NCBI GenBank assembly: GCA_038087875.1
Contig: CM075977.1
Span: forward strand, 193,440,001-193,504,000
Direction: 5' to 3'
DNA: 64,000 nucleotides
Source: Malacoraja senta
Taxonomy: Eukaryota
A program made the position numbers and the translations under genes. The notes under the pieces were generated by a model that was not told where the DNA came from, made no database searches, and was given only the letters and a program-made list of their open reading frames with translations. Positions 1 through 13,886 of the stretch are shown piece after piece (the first letter of the stretch is position 1; each line of letters opens with the position of its first letter).

Positions 1-1549
1 GCTAGTTCTCAGCATGACCTGGCTGAATGTTTCAGCTGAGTTGTCAAACAATTGATCAAGAGGCTCTGACTTTTAATAGTCTCATTGAAGTACAATCTTG
101 ATCAAAGCATTACTTTCCCTGGCAAAATAATTACCCGTGTCTGGATTCAATGCTATATTTTGTGCCTTTGGATAAATCTTAACATTGTTATCCTATTCAG
201 AGAATATTCAACAGAAGAATTAGGTAAAATTGCGAATTGCTGACTTTAAGAGTCAAGAGTGTTCAATTGTCATATGTATTGAAAACAGAATAATGAAATA
301 CTTATTTGCAACTACTTATAGCAGGCCTGTAAACAGTATTCAAAAGTGTGAAACATCTGTGACATATTACCTTGCATGAATTTGTGCAGCTGCATTAATC
401 CCTTATTCTTAGAACATAGAATTGTTTTATTGTGGCAGTGAAGGACAATGAGGGCTTAAAGAGTTAATGTGTAGCAGCAGTGAACAGGCTAAATTACCTG
501 ATGAAGTCCATGCCTGTGTAATTAAATAATTGTGGCATGGGTGTAATTTACCAAACATGGAAATGTAAACGAGGGGCCACGAAATGTAGCACCCGGAGAG
601 TTTGTGGAAAACCTGTTCCAGGGAGTTTGTTCCCATATTTCAGTGTTCAACGTTGGCTTTTCCTTCCATCAGAAGCTGTTGCACAATTCCCGCAGCATCT
701 GCAGTATCGGTGGGGGGTTGAAGCAATGCTCAAACATGGAGCCTCAACATAAAGAAAAGGGACACTCCCGCATAGCAAGCTCAGCTGCTCGGTATGATAA
801 GTGTCCTTTGTTCAGGTTCTGGGACTCGGTGCTCTCTTCGTAAAGCCAGACTAAGCGGGATTAAAATTTAACGTCCAGGAGATGTGGCTACTGATGTTGA
901 CTGCATCTTGTGTTGTCCCTGCAGAAATGGAGGCAAGGCCTTCATAAAAGAACCATCTGGTTAAGAGGCAGCATACTCTGGACAGAGGTGTGCAGTGATA
1001 ATTTATTATGAATGAAGACTGATATTGCAGAGATATCAAGATTGCATGAGCAGGGCGGCAGGTGGAGGCTTTGGAGGTTGCTAAAACAGAATAAAAAAGC
1101 TTCAAAGCTCTTGTCACTACAAAAGGATTATGTGGTCTCTTTCACTCAGTGGCTACAAGTAGGGGGGGGTTTCTGGGTCAGAGTGCTCACCCGTAATTGT
1201 GTGTTATGTTCTTAAAAGACAATTTGTGCAGTCAGTCCTCATGCAGTGAATGCCACCGAGCACTTTGTTGATTTTTTTTCTTTGTTGAGACGATCGCATT
1301 TAGCAGTCTCATGTATTCCTTGGGCTTGACCTTAGCACTGTAAAACTTGTATGAGTCACATAATCAGTGAAATAATAGACACGTAAGTGCTTTAAATTAT
1401 TATTGCGGAACCAGCCACCCAGGGGAAAGGTGCAGGACCAGGTCAGCTCCAAATGCCTTGAAGAGGGTTAATATTGCTCTTGAATTCATGCAATGGAATT
1501 ATATAGCACGGGAGGCCATTTGGAGGGTAGAATAGATGGGTTGTTCTGA

Positions 1550-1812
1550 GTCGGGAGTTAGGATCGACCTGAGTTCGATCCAGACTACGGGTACTGTCTG
1601 TGTGGAGTTTGCATGTTCTCTCTGTGACTGCGTGGATTTCCTCCCACATTCCAAAGACATGCAGGTTAGTAGGTTAATTGGCTTTTGCAAATTGCCCCTA
1701 GTGTGTAGGATGTGAAAGTGGGACAATATGGAAGTGGTGTGCGGGTGATCAATGGTTTGCATGGGCTTTGTGGGCCGAAGGGCCTAAATCCACACTATTT
1801 CTAAAACTAAAT
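1550..1812 (+). mobile_element. V-SINE (5'-truncated)
   Basis: gttcgatcc B box, ttcctcccacattccaaagac, gggccgaagggcc tail. Confidence 0.85.
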
Positions 1813-2254
1813 CATTTTGACTGCGTCAGCTGCTTGCAGAATTTGTCCTTTCACAGTTACTATTTTTTCAGGATGCTGCTCCATTAATTACCTTTCCTTA
1901 ATTGCCTTTGATAAGGTGGGTGTGATCTGATTTATTCCACAAATCTTACAAAACTATTCCTCGTCTTTGCCCACAAATTATGCAACTTGAAGCAGGCTTC
2001 ATTTCTAATAAGTTCCTTATCTCACCTGCATTGTCAGGGGAAAGGCTTTGGTGAGAAAATTGAAGAGTTGGCCGACCTTGTGAAACAAAGTCTTTGAGCA
2101 ATACTTTCAGGCATCTGGGCACTTCTGGTCTTCTTCTAATCTCACGCATTATGTATGTCTATGGAGAGGGAAAAGAACATTCAAAATAGCTCCTATTCAT
2201 CTTCAACACATCCTCTGTTTTAAGGAGAATAGTCCCAGTTTTTCCACTCAGTCT

Positions 2255-2590
2255 CTCCATGCTGGTCAAGAAAAAGGAGGCAAAAGTCACGTTTAGACAG
2301 CTGGAATCCAGCAAAAATATGTGTGGAACCACAGGAAATGGGAGAGGTCTTAAATGAGTACCCGTGTGTACTTACCATGGAGAAGGACCTTGAAGCTTGT
2401 CAGTTTCGGGGAGGAAACAGTTATGTCATGAAGCACATCAACATTATGAAGAAGGAGGTGCTGGAGGTCCTGAAGTACATAAAGGTGAATAAATGCAGGG
2501 AGCCTGATCAGGTGTATCCTACAATGTGTGTGATGGGAGCAAGATTGCTGAGTCCTTGGCAGAGATTTCAGGTTGAAGACCTGGAACTAT
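2255..2590 (+). mobile_element. Decayed CR1 ORF2 fragment
   Basis: EPQEMGEVLNEY...EVLEVLKYIKVNK...PDQVYP. Confidence 0.7.
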
Positions 2591-2637
2591 TGATGTGCTC
2601 AGGGATTGTTGTTGGGTCTTTAATTGCTTGTTAATTG

Positions 2638-2675
2638 CACACACACACACGCACGCACACACACACACACACACC
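2638..2675. repeat. (CA)n microsatellite
   Basis: cacacacacacacgcacgcacacacac... Confidence 0.95.
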
Positions 2676-3809
2676 CCCAAAAAAACTTTTTGGCATTAAG
2701 TTTTTGTACTGTGTCCCCTATGCTAAAATCCCAGTTCAAAGGCACATTTGCAAGGCATGGAACTATTTGGATAGCTCCTTGAAAGAGCCAACATAGGTAT
2801 AATGGACCGAATTTTCCCTCGCGGAGCTGATTGTAAATTTGTTTACAATCAGCCAAAATTTGCTGCTCTCTGTCTCTGTCTCTGTTTGTCTCTCTCTGTC
2901 TCTGTCTTTTCATCTTGCTGTGAAAAAAATAGTTTGTACTCAATTTCTCAAGTAGAATTTTACCTGTGAATCTTTTAGGTGACTTTGAGGACAAACCTCT
3001 TTCTACTCACCCTGAAATACAAAGGTAAATGTTTCCAGTATTGTGTTTTGTCATACTAAGCTCTTAAAAGGATCAGACATGGAAGCACCACTCTTTATTT
3101 CTGAAATCAATTAGTGGCAATAGAAAGGTGAATTCTATATGGGAACAAATTCCATGATGCCAGCAGGCTTTCATTTTCTAAGTTTGAATGGTTTTACTGG
3201 GAATTGAATACATGCACAAATGAAAAATGGTGAGCATTAACAGCAGTGGTCATGACAAAACTTAGCTTTATCCCATTTACAACTAGACCTAGAAATACCG
3301 TATCTTCACACTTATTTTGTTGAGTGTTCAGACAGAGCTTCTTATTATGCCGTTGTATTAAATTTTAAGATGACCAGTATAGTTTGTTAATCGATAGAAT
3401 CTCTATTGACTACAGATGTGACTTACTGAATGAAGTGAAATGGTTGCTCAGGACAATTGGGGGGATGGTAGTGAGAACAATTTCAACCTCTAATGGTCAC
3501 GTATGGAAAAGCGGCTTGTGTGCAATGCATTTGCACAATTTGAGTTTTCTTACTTTAGGCATGCCTGCATTTGATGCATTTAAATTTAAGAAGCATGGAA
3601 TACCTTACACTGGATTCTCTGTCAAATAACCTTTTGTTTTCTCTTGGAGGCGTAAGAGACTGCAGATGCTGGAATCAAATGGCTGCATCGGTTAGGGGAA
3701 ATGGACAATCAACATTTTCAGCTGAGACTTTCATCTAGACTGAAAGTAAAGAGAGGAAGTTGTTAGTATTAAGAGGTATGGGAGGAAGGGTGGGGTAGAA
3801 ACAAGCATG

Positions 3810-5370
3810 CAACAGTTTTGCTCACATTTGGAAGAGAATGGGCTAATTAGGGACCATCAGCATGGCTTTATCCATGGCAAATCATGTCTCAGGAACTTGA
3901 TTGAGTTTTTTTAGGAGGTGACATACGTGAGGGTAGGGTAGTGGATGGTGTCAACATGGATTTCATTGACATTTTGATTAGTCCCTCATGATAGATTGAT
4001 CCAGCAGAATAGGATGCATGGGATCCACAGTGATTTGGGTTCAGAACTGGCTTCCTCACAGGATTGTGGTGGAAGGGTGTCATTCTGGCTGTAGGTCTGT
4101 GACCAGTGGAGGTCCACAAGGATATATATAATATATCTATAAATTACTTGGACATAGATGTAGATGGGTTGTTTAGTAAGTTTGCAGATGACAATAAAAT
4201 TAGTGGAGTTGTGGAAGTGAAGACGGATGTCAAGGTATACATCAGATATTGATCAGCTACAGAAGTAGGCGGAGAAATGGTAGATTAGGTTTAATCTGAG
4301 CAAGTGCGGAGGTGTTGTACTGTGGGAGGTCGAATGTAAGAGGAAAGTAAACAGTTAACATCAAGAACCTTAACAGTTTTAATATACAGCAGGATGTTGG
4401 GGTCCAAGTCCTAGTCCTGTAGCTCCCTTAAAGTGACAACACAGGTAGATAGAGTGGTGAAGATAGAATGGCATGCTTGCCTTCATTGGTCAGGAGTTGT
4501 GTATAAGGCCCAGTAAATCATGTTGCAACTTTACAGGACTTTGGTTAGGCTACTTTTGTCGTATTGTGTCCAGTTCTGGTCACCCAATTACAGGAAGGAC
4601 ATGGAGGCTTTGTGAGGGTGCAGAAGGTTACCAGAATGCTGCCTGGATTAGAGGGTGTTCACTCCAAGGAGGTGTTGGACAAGCTTAAATGTGAGATGGG
4701 AATGATTTAATGGGAACCCAAGGGGCAAATTTTTTACTCAGAGGCTGGTGGATATATTGAATGAGCTGCCAAAGGAGGTAGTTGAGGCAAGTACAATAAC
4801 AACCTTTAAAAATATACTTGGACAGGTACATGGATAGGAAAGAATTGGAGGGATTTGGACCAAATGAGAACAAATGGGACTAGTTTAGATGGGGCATTCT
4901 GGTCGGCATGGACAAGTTGGGCCAATGGGCCGTTTTTGTGCTGTATGACTATGTATCTTTGGCTCTAAATTTGGATTATTTTCTTTGGACCATCGGAGGC
5001 TGAGAGAAGTGTATCAAATTATGAGAGGCATAGATAGGATAGACAGTCAGCGACTTTTTGGAATTGTCAAAGACTGGAGAGCGTAACTTTATGTTGAGCA
5101 AGGCAAATTTTAAAGATGTGCGGAGCAAGTTTTTATGCAGAGAGTGATGGGTGCCCGGAATGCGCTGCCAGGGATGGTGGTGGAGGCAGATATAATAGTG
5201 ATATTTTAGAGACTTTTAGTTAGATATATGGATATGCAGGGAATGGAGGGATATGCAAGCATTGGATGGATATGGATAATGTGCACGCAGAGGAGATTAG
5301 TTTAACTTAGCATCATGTTTGGCACGAACATTGTAGGTCAACAAGCCTATTCCTGCGCTCTATGTTGTAT
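3810..5370 (+). mobile_element. Decayed CR1 RT/3' fragments (two 3' ends)
   Basis: cagcatggcttt...aaatcatgtctc, agtaagtttgcagatgaca (SKFADD), two gggcc...gcc tails. Confidence 0.85.
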
Positions 5371-5994
5371 TTTTTTCACTTCACCAGCCCTCTTTCCCCA
5401 AGGTGAAATAATCACCACTGTGAGATTCTGCTAATTCATTCATCCCATGTAAGATCAGAAAATTAAAGTGAATCAGGTCCCATCAGATTAATTCCATTAG
5501 TCTTATTTCCCTTGTTTGCCTGCATCCTCTTGCACACGTCCTTGACCCTAACCCAAACTTTTCTTTCATTCCTCAGCCACTTACCTATCTGGGTAATTGG
5601 CACTGACCAAATAATTGACTAACCTACATGACTTGTGGAATGTGGCAGGAAACCAGAAAATGCAGAGAAATCTCACGCATTCATGGGAGAATGTTCATAC
5701 ACCACACAGACAACACCGGAGATTAAGATTGATCACGGGTTACTGGAGCTGTGAATAGTAGCTCTACGAGTTATATTAATGTGGAACCACGTTTTCATGT
5801 CGTATTATTTTATGTCTATGGGAACATGTTGGGGCCACTGGTGCTGCACCAGTTGAGTGTATTGGCTGCTTATGATTTAACAATTCTAAAAAACAAATGT
5901 TGTGGTCTTTACCATGTTGGTGTTTGCTAGCCATGTTGACATTTCTGTACAGTAATGACTTTGAAAGCATTTTGTCGATTGTAAAACCTAGAGA

Positions 5995-6250
5995 TTATAG
6001 TTCATAGAGTGATACAGTGTGGAAACAGGCCCTTCGGCCCAACTTGCCCACACCGGCCAACATCTGGCAGCTACACTAGTCCCACCTGCCTGCGTTTGGT
6101 CCATATCCCTCCAAACCTGTCCTATCCATGTACCTGTCTAACTGTTTCTTAAACATTGGGATAGTCCCAGCCTCAACTACCTCCTCTGGCAGCTTGTTCC
6201 ATACACTCACCACCCTTTGTGTGAAATAGTTACCCCTCAGATTCCTATTA
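5995..6250 (-). mobile_element. CR1 3' end
   Basis: catagagtgatacagtgtggaaacaggcccttcggccc...; the tail is shared with the V-SINEs. Confidence 0.85.
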
Positions 6251-6341
6251 AAGAACCTCGAGATTCAAGCTTTAACGTAAAATACATCTCTGCACTTTGC
6301 CACAGTAGCCATTGTGCTAGTGAGTTTCTCAATCGCCCCAC

Positions 6342-6395
6342 TTTCCCAGCAAAGAAGTTTCCCTCAAATTTCCCAGCAAAGAAGTTTCCCTCAAA
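6342..6395. repeat. 27-bp tandem duplication
   Basis: tttcccagcaaagaagtttccctcaaa x2. Confidence 0.9.
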
Positions 6396-7461
6396 TTCCC
6401 ACTTGGATTAATTGTGATTTATTGCAGAATGAAATAATGAAACACTGAGCGTATTACAAGAATGAACAATTATTAGGCAATAAGTAACGAGTAGATAGCA
6501 GAGCTCATCCAGATTTGTTTCCCTTGTCTGCACCTTTGGTTCGATGAATGATAATTTAATATAATTGAACAGTAATAATTATTTGAGAACAGTTTGCTTG
6601 ATATGTTCAAATTCCATTGAAGTGTTCTTTGGTCCCTATTGCCTGTGTGCAAGTTAATCCTAACAGTGGTTGATAAGATATTAAATGGTGCAGTTACAGA
6701 TTGAGAAGAGCTTATCTATAAATTCTAAGAGATTCTAGCACTTGCCCCCTCCCCTGTGCCCTACTTGATTTAAGTGCAAAATTAACCCGTGAAGAACTGA
6801 AATGCTACAGTTTAAGCACAGCTGAATCTTCTTCTCAGTACTGTGAGGGCTTCTCAGTTTCACTGTATGGCAACTTTCCACCCATTTATAATCATCTTAA
6901 AAAGAAAGAAATATTGCAGTTCTTTTTCAGCTATTTTCCCCAATACCCCTGATCAGATTGTCCCAACAGTGCAGCTTGGGTTTAACAGGTAGAGAGATGG
7001 AAATAAATAGCAAGAAATTATTTGTATAATTCTCACATCTCTTGCACATGAACTACAGGAGCAATGTTGCAGTGGAATTCTCTGTTTAGTGGGTAGATAA
7101 CTAAGGTAACGTGCATGTTATTGTGTTATAATGCTACTATAACATCAAGAACAGGGTCCACTAATAGTGGATGTAAATGGAATGCTAAAATATTTGTATA
7201 GTGGTGTTACTGTGGTACAACAACCCGGAGAATGTTACAGGAGAGTTGCTACGACACATAAAAAAGATGCTGGGAGTGGTGAGTAAAAATGTTGGCCGAT
7301 GTAGAATTTTTGGTGGAATGTAAAAGATGTACTGAAAGAATTCCAGACTTTTGTGCATGTGCTAGTGAAAACAAAGTGGAATATTGTGGAGGGGGAATTG
7401 GAGGAGATCAGGGACTAGTAAGAGTTGAATGACTGTAGGCCGATTACCAAGAGAGGGGTAA

Positions 7462-7697
7462 TTCCGGGGTTACGTCCGCGCCCGGATGGTACTAGAGAAG
7501 GACTACGCCCTGTCTACGGGCACCCTGGGAGATTTCCGCTACCGCTGGGCACCGGTTGAATGCATTCTTGACAAAGATTATAACATAGTTGTATAGTAGT
7601 TTATATAGTATATTTGTCTTGTATTATGGTGGTGGGTTCTGTTTTTTTAAATTGTATTGTAAATATTATTTTTAATAATTGAATATGTTTTGAACAA
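7462..7697 (+). mobile_element. 3' end of an L1/Tx1-like LINE
   Basis: GC-rich island translating FRGYVRARMVLEKDYALSTGTLGDFRYRWAP, then a T-rich 3' UTR. Confidence 0.6.
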
Positions 7698-9084
7698 CAT
7701 ACTGCAACTCACTTGTAACTCTACTGTCACAAAGCTTTGTGGAACGGAGCATTAAATTGTGACATTGTGGCAGTCAATGCTTAAACTGAACCAAAACTTA
7801 ATACAATGCACAATTGCTAAGTTAACTATTTTCTGAAGTTAATGGTGTCCCTTCCATCCTTAAAATAATAATTACACATAACAGCTGACCTGCACATGTT
7901 ACACGCCAATATACATATATCACAGTAGCATTTGCCAGGCTGAAATACAACATAATTTGCCAATATGTAATATTACCTTTTGACTTTTAGGAGCAAATGG
8001 TTCAAGATTTTGCCAGCCATAGAATCATGCAATGTTACAGTGCAGAAGAAATCCATTCAGACAATCATCTGTGCACTTTCTTTTCTAGAGCAATCCAATC
8101 CCCCTGATGTCTCCTAATATTTCCATAATATTTTTTCTCTTTGCAGAATTTAAGCAATTCCATACTGATGTCTCCAATTGAATCTGTTTCCTCTGTCGAC
8201 CAGTGTATTTGGAGTAGAAGAACCTTTTCCTGAACTTCTCCTGTACTTTTGCCAGTAATCTTTGATCTGTGTCCCTAATATGGTTTTCCTTCATTCACTC
8301 CACTAATCACTTTAAACAGAATCACAGAAAGAAAAGAGACCATTAAGGCCATCATATTTGTACAGGATAATCCATCTTGTCCCAGTCCTCTGCCCACTCC
8401 TAATAACACTCCGGAATTTTCCTTCATGTACTTATCCAGTCCATTTTGAATTCCATCGTTGAATTTGTCTCCACTCTCCAAACTACAAGGTCACCATGCA
8501 ATCTCTCACATTCACAGGAGAACAGCCTCAGCTTCCACAGTCCAAGTAAATAAAGACCCTCATCTGTGGAATAATTTCACTGAATCTTTATATTCATACA
8601 GCATGGAAACAGGCACTTCAGCCCAACTCGCCCATGCCAACCAAGATGCCCCATCTAAGCTAGTTCCATTTGCCTGTATTTGGCCCATATTCCTCTAAAC
8701 CTTTCCAATCCATGTATCTGTCCACTCTCTCTCAAACCTTGGTGAGGACTTCATGCCTTTTCAAAGAGTGAAGCCCAGAAACAAATGCATTTATGAAAGT
8801 TCATCATGACCACCTCGCTCATGTACACTATTTATAATTCCTGCAATAATGTGTTTTTATCCACTTTATATATCCTGCCACTTTTAATGAGATGCATATT
8901 TACAACTGAATTTCTTTGATCTTGGACATCTTTTGGACACATCATCTAGTGCACACTGCACTTCACATTCTTCCTATAAAGAGTTACATTAAATATTTCT
9001 CTGCACAAAATGTCATCTGCATGTGTTCACTTATCCTATCATGTATCTTCTTTGTTTGTATCTTCTTGAAGCCTATTTGAGAGC

Positions 9085-11060
9085 AAGGTTAGCAGACAGG
9101 ACAGCCAGGTGCATGCCAAATAGAAAGAAAGGGCTGATAATTTAAACTATTTCAATTCTAGAGGCTCAACAGGTAAGGCAGGTGAACTCAGGGCTTGGAT
9201 TGACTCAGGTGGAGATTATAGCCATTAAAAGAAATATGGCTGAGAGAATGGTAGGACTGATATCTCAATATTCCAGGGGATAGGCATTACAAGCATGATA
9301 GAGATGTTGGTAAGAGTGGAGGGGGGTCAAGAAACTGCAGATGCTGGAATCTTGAGCAAAAACAAAAGACTGGAGAAGCACAGGAGGGGAATTTATTTTA
9401 TGATCAGAGAGGACATAACTGTGGTGAGTAGTGAGGATATTCTTGCAGGAATGTCCAATGAGGATATATGGATAGAATTTAGAAAAGGGAAGAGAATCGA
9501 TCAAGGAAACATTCTTGATGGAATTTTGATGGGACTGTATTATAGTCCTCCCAATGAATTAGAGGAGCAGATATGTTGGGAGACTGAAGATAGCTCTATA
9601 AGATCACCCCTCAGCCACCTGCACCACAAGGAATAATGTCCTAGCCTGCCAACCTCTCACTAGCTCAGACACTTGAATCCTGGCAACATCCTAATAAATC
9701 TCCTTTCACACTTTCCAGAGTGTCTGATAAGTCAGTAGTGGAGCACTTTGTGACCAATGACCATAATTTAATTTAATTTAAAGGTGTAGCATGGAAACAG
9801 ACACACCGAGTCCACACTGACCATCAACAATATTATCCTACTTGCTCATTCGGTTCCAACACACTAGGGGCAATTTACAAAGGCCAATTAACCTCGAAAC
9901 CCGTACGTCTTTGGGATGTTGGAGGAAACCAGAGCACCCGAAGGAATCCCATACAGTCAAAGGGAGAACGTACAAACTGCACACAGATTGCTCCCAAGGT
10001 CAGGACAAACCAGGTCTCTGGCGCTGTGAGGCAGCAGCTCTACCAGCAGCGCCACTGTGAAGTTATGGAGAAGGATTGGTCTGGTCCATAAGTTAAGATC
10101 ATAAATTGGGGCAAGGCTGACTTTGGAAGCATCAGGCAGGAATTTACAGAGGTTGATTGGGAGAGTCTATTTGCAGGTGATATAGCAAGAGTACAGGAGC
10201 AGCATGTTCCTGTGAGGGGAAAAGGCAAGGCACTCAAGTATACGGAACCCAGCTGACAGTAGATGAGTCTCTTGTCAAGAAAAAATGGAAGCAGACGTTC
10301 GATTTAGGAAGTCGGGATCAAGCAAATCGCTCCACATGAATAAGAAATCGGTAAAATTGCAGATTACACCAAATTTGGTGGTATAGTGGACCATGAAAAA
10401 GGGTATCTAAGTTTACAACAGAATCTAGATCTGTTGGTAAGGTGGGCCAAAAGATGGCAAATGGAATTTACCTCTGACAAGAGTGAGGAGTTGCACTTTG
10501 GTATGTCAAACCAGGGCAGGACTTTTGCAGTAAATGGTGGACCCCTGAAGAGAGTTGCAGAACTGAGAGATCTGGGAGTACAGGTGCATGGTTCGCATAA
10601 AGTGGTGTCAGGTGGACAGTGTAGTGAAGAAGACAGTTGGACGCTTGCCTTTGTTGAGAAGAGTTGAGTACAAATGTTTCCTTTAGAGAGTAGGAGGAGA
10701 ATGGTGGTGTTATTGAGGTGTACACGATCATGAGGGGCTGGTTACATCGCATTTGAACGCTCAGTGTCTTTTTCTTAGGGTAGAGGATTCTAAAACTAGA
10801 GGGCAGAGATTTAAGAGGGACTTCACGGGTAACCTTTTGACGCAGAGGGTACCCCATAATGGAAAGAGCTGCCAGAGCTAGCTATAAAAAGCTGATATAT
10901 TTACGAGTTTTAAATGACATTATTACAGATATATGGTTTTGAAGAGTTTAGAGGGCAATGGGCCAAATGCAGGCAGATGGGAATAGCTGAGTACACCAAC
11001 TTGGTCAGCATGGACAAGGTGGACTGAAGAGCCTTTTTCTATGGTGTATAGCTCTTTGAC
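9085..11060 (+). mobile_element. Fragmented old CR1 (endonuclease to 3' end) with nested repeats
   Basis: EDIWIEFR..MGLYYSPPN (APE endonuclease-like) and LQQNLDLLVRWAKRWQMEF..LRDLGVQVH. Confidence 0.75.
9770..10057 (-). mobile_element. V-SINE
   Basis: gtctttgggatgttggaggaaacc...gaggcagcagctctaccagcagcgccactgtg. Confidence 0.85.
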
Positions 11061-13239
11061 TCCTCAAGTTCACTCCATTAATTAGTTTGCCAATTTCAAC
11101 CTGTGACTCGAAAATGCAAGTCCAAGTCTTATTTGTATTTGCAAAAAGCCAATGGCGGAAACGATTCCTCCAACCTGAAAAATAATTTTACATTACCAGC
11201 TCAGTTTCCCATCATGTAACAATTCTTCTATTAACGCTGCCACTCTTCCTTTTATCGAGCCACTTCATCAAATACCTCGTGGTGCCAATTAATAGTTCCC
11301 ATCTCCATTAAATTTGTTCTTGTATTTCTCCACACAAATGGGAGCAATACAGTGCTCCAGTCCTCCAAAGTCCTACCAAAGTCTCTCATCAGTGGTACTA
11401 TGTAAGTAAAACTCATCCATTCTCTTTTGGAATGTGGCCACAATTGGACCCAATACTCCGGACATGGCTGACCAAATATACTGTACAATTTTAGCAAAAC
11501 CTCCATTTGTAAACCCAGAATGCTGTTTTCCATATTAATTGCTCTGCCTTTAAAAATTCCGTCCCAGCTCTCCAGGCCTGTCGAAGTGGTTGTTTCCTCC
11601 CAGATCATTGTTCCTGAAGGCATCAAGAGAACAGATATGAAAGAAACAAGGGTATAATATGTATAATCCTTCAATGGTCTGGGAACAATCACATGTTAAG
11701 AATGTGAGTGCCGCTGATTGAATGCACCCTGTGAAGGTGCCCACCCTGATAGCTCTGCTGCCTCACAGCTCCCGCTAGCTGAGTTTGACTGTGTGGGGTT
11801 TTTGCCTCGATGCTTCAGATTCCTTCCACATCCCAAAGACGAGCTGGAAGGTTAATTGATGACTATAAGTTGCCCCTAATGTGGGTAGGTGGTAGGAGAA
11901 TGAATGGAAGGAGGTGATGGACATGTGAGCGATAGGTTGCAGGGAAACAAATGGGGGAATGGAACTGATTGGATGGCTTTGAGAGCTGGCAATGAGAGAA
12001 TGGTTAAAATGTGAGAAATATGAAAGAGATATCCATTAAGGGTTAAAGCTATTTTCAATTTCTTGACGCGCAACAACAGTTGCTGTGGACATAGTGTTTA
12101 ATGAGGGATTATTGCCAAGTGATTTGCAGACATAGCTGTATGACCTGAGCGGGAGCATTGACTATCAAAGTGAGGTAAATGATGGGATGTTTATTGTAGA
12201 TGTTGGCAGTTGCTACAGTATGATAAACTGCCAGAGGTGCACATATCAGTAATCATTGAGATTATTAGTGTCATTAATCATAATTCCCCAAAATATGGCA
12301 GCAGCCAATTTTGACCAATGCTGTCTGTTGAGGTGGTCGTTAGGAGCTGAGCTAATAGAGTGCCGAGCTCCCATCAACAACAGTTTACTTTGAGAATGCG
12401 AGGTTAATTATATTTGAGCTGCTGATTTCTCCTCTCCTTGGAATAAACTGAGCACTTTGTCAATCCCAAGAGTTTCTTCCTGTTAAAATGGTGAAATTAT
12501 TTTATTGAAATGTTTTCCATTGGCTGGAATCTTAGACTTATGAAACAATAGAGTGGGATTGTGTTAAAGCTGATATCTCACAGAGAGATAGTGAATGTTC
12601 ACGTTAACTCTTTCCCTGGGCTTTACAGATCAAATTAACAATTTATGGCTGTTTAGTGTTTGGTTTGTAAAACTAACTTCTCCAAGTTGGGATAATGAGC
12701 AATTATGTAAGCCAGTTAATGTTTTATCTGTGTGGGTATTATAGAGCTGTCATCAGTTTTATTTTACATCTGCTAAAAATTGAAACCATTCTAACAAATA
12801 GAATGCTTTCAATGAAATGGTCAGTGGTACACAAACCACTTATACACACAAAGCAACTCACTGCCTCATCCATAACCACCGTGTCTGACAAAAATGTGTT
12901 TTTCAGAACAATTGAGTAATGGGCTGTGCCAGGTCCCAGGTAATACTAGTTGAGTTTACACCCTCAATTTACCCCCATTTATTCTCAGCACTACGGCAGT
13001 CCCCGTGATTATTAAAAATACCCACTATTACAATCCTATTATTCCCATGCACCTTTCATCTGGTATCATATACATTGGGGTGCTGGGACCCCATACAGTA
13101 TGGTTGTGATCTGGGGAAAGAACAGAACTAGGACAATCAATGGGATATTTGATTAAGAATTCAGGAGCATCTTCTTTGGCCATTCAGTGCCTGGATGTAA
13201 TACTTGCTCCCACAGAGATTGTGAACTATTTTTTGGGAG

Positions 13240-13595
13240 CAACACTGTTACACAGCTAATAGAGCCACTGCCTCACAGCGCTAGAGACCTGAGCTCAACC
13301 TGAATTTGGATACTCTCTGTGTGGAGTGTTCACATTCTGCTTGTGACCACATGAGTTTCTTTCCAGTGCTCTCATTTCCTCCCACATCCAAAAGAATTGT
13401 ATTGGTAAGTTAATCGGCCACTGTAAACTGCCTGTTGTGTGTTGGTGTGTAGGAGAATCTGGTAGGAGTTGATGGGAATGTGTGGCGAATACAAAACAGG
13501 TTTAATGTAGGATTAACGTAAACGTGTAAATAAGTGGTTGATGGTCAGTGCTGACTCGGTGGGTGGAATGGCCTGTTTCTGTACTATATCACTAT
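13240..13595 (+). mobile_element. V-SINE (older)
   Basis: ctgcctcacagcgctagagacc...tttcctcccacatccaaaaga...ggcctgtttctgt. Confidence 0.8.
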
Positions 13596-13680
13596 AACAT
13601 TCATTATGTGAAGAACTCAAATGGGTTAACAACACAAGTTCTCTTTGTTGAAATTACAAACTGAGAGGGGGAAAGAGGGA

Positions 13681-13886
13681 NNNNNNNNNNNNNNNNNNNN
13701 NNNNNNNNNNNNNNNNNNNNNNNNNNNNNNNNNNNNNNNNNNNNNNNNNNNNNNNNNNNNNNNNNNNNNNNNNNNNNNNNNNNNNNNNNNNNNNNNNNNN
13801 NNNNNNNNNNNNNNNNNNNNNNNNNNNNNNNNNNNNNNNNNNNNNNNNNNNNNNNNNNNNNNNNNNNNNNNNNNNNNNNNNNNNNN
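13681..13886. other. Assembly gap
   Basis: N run. Confidence 1.

Noticed and set aside
2979-3024. Possible 46-nt bnc2 poison exon (ttttag|GTGA...AAAG|gtaaat)
   Set aside because: Weak pyrimidine tract and no other support; such site pairs are common by chance.
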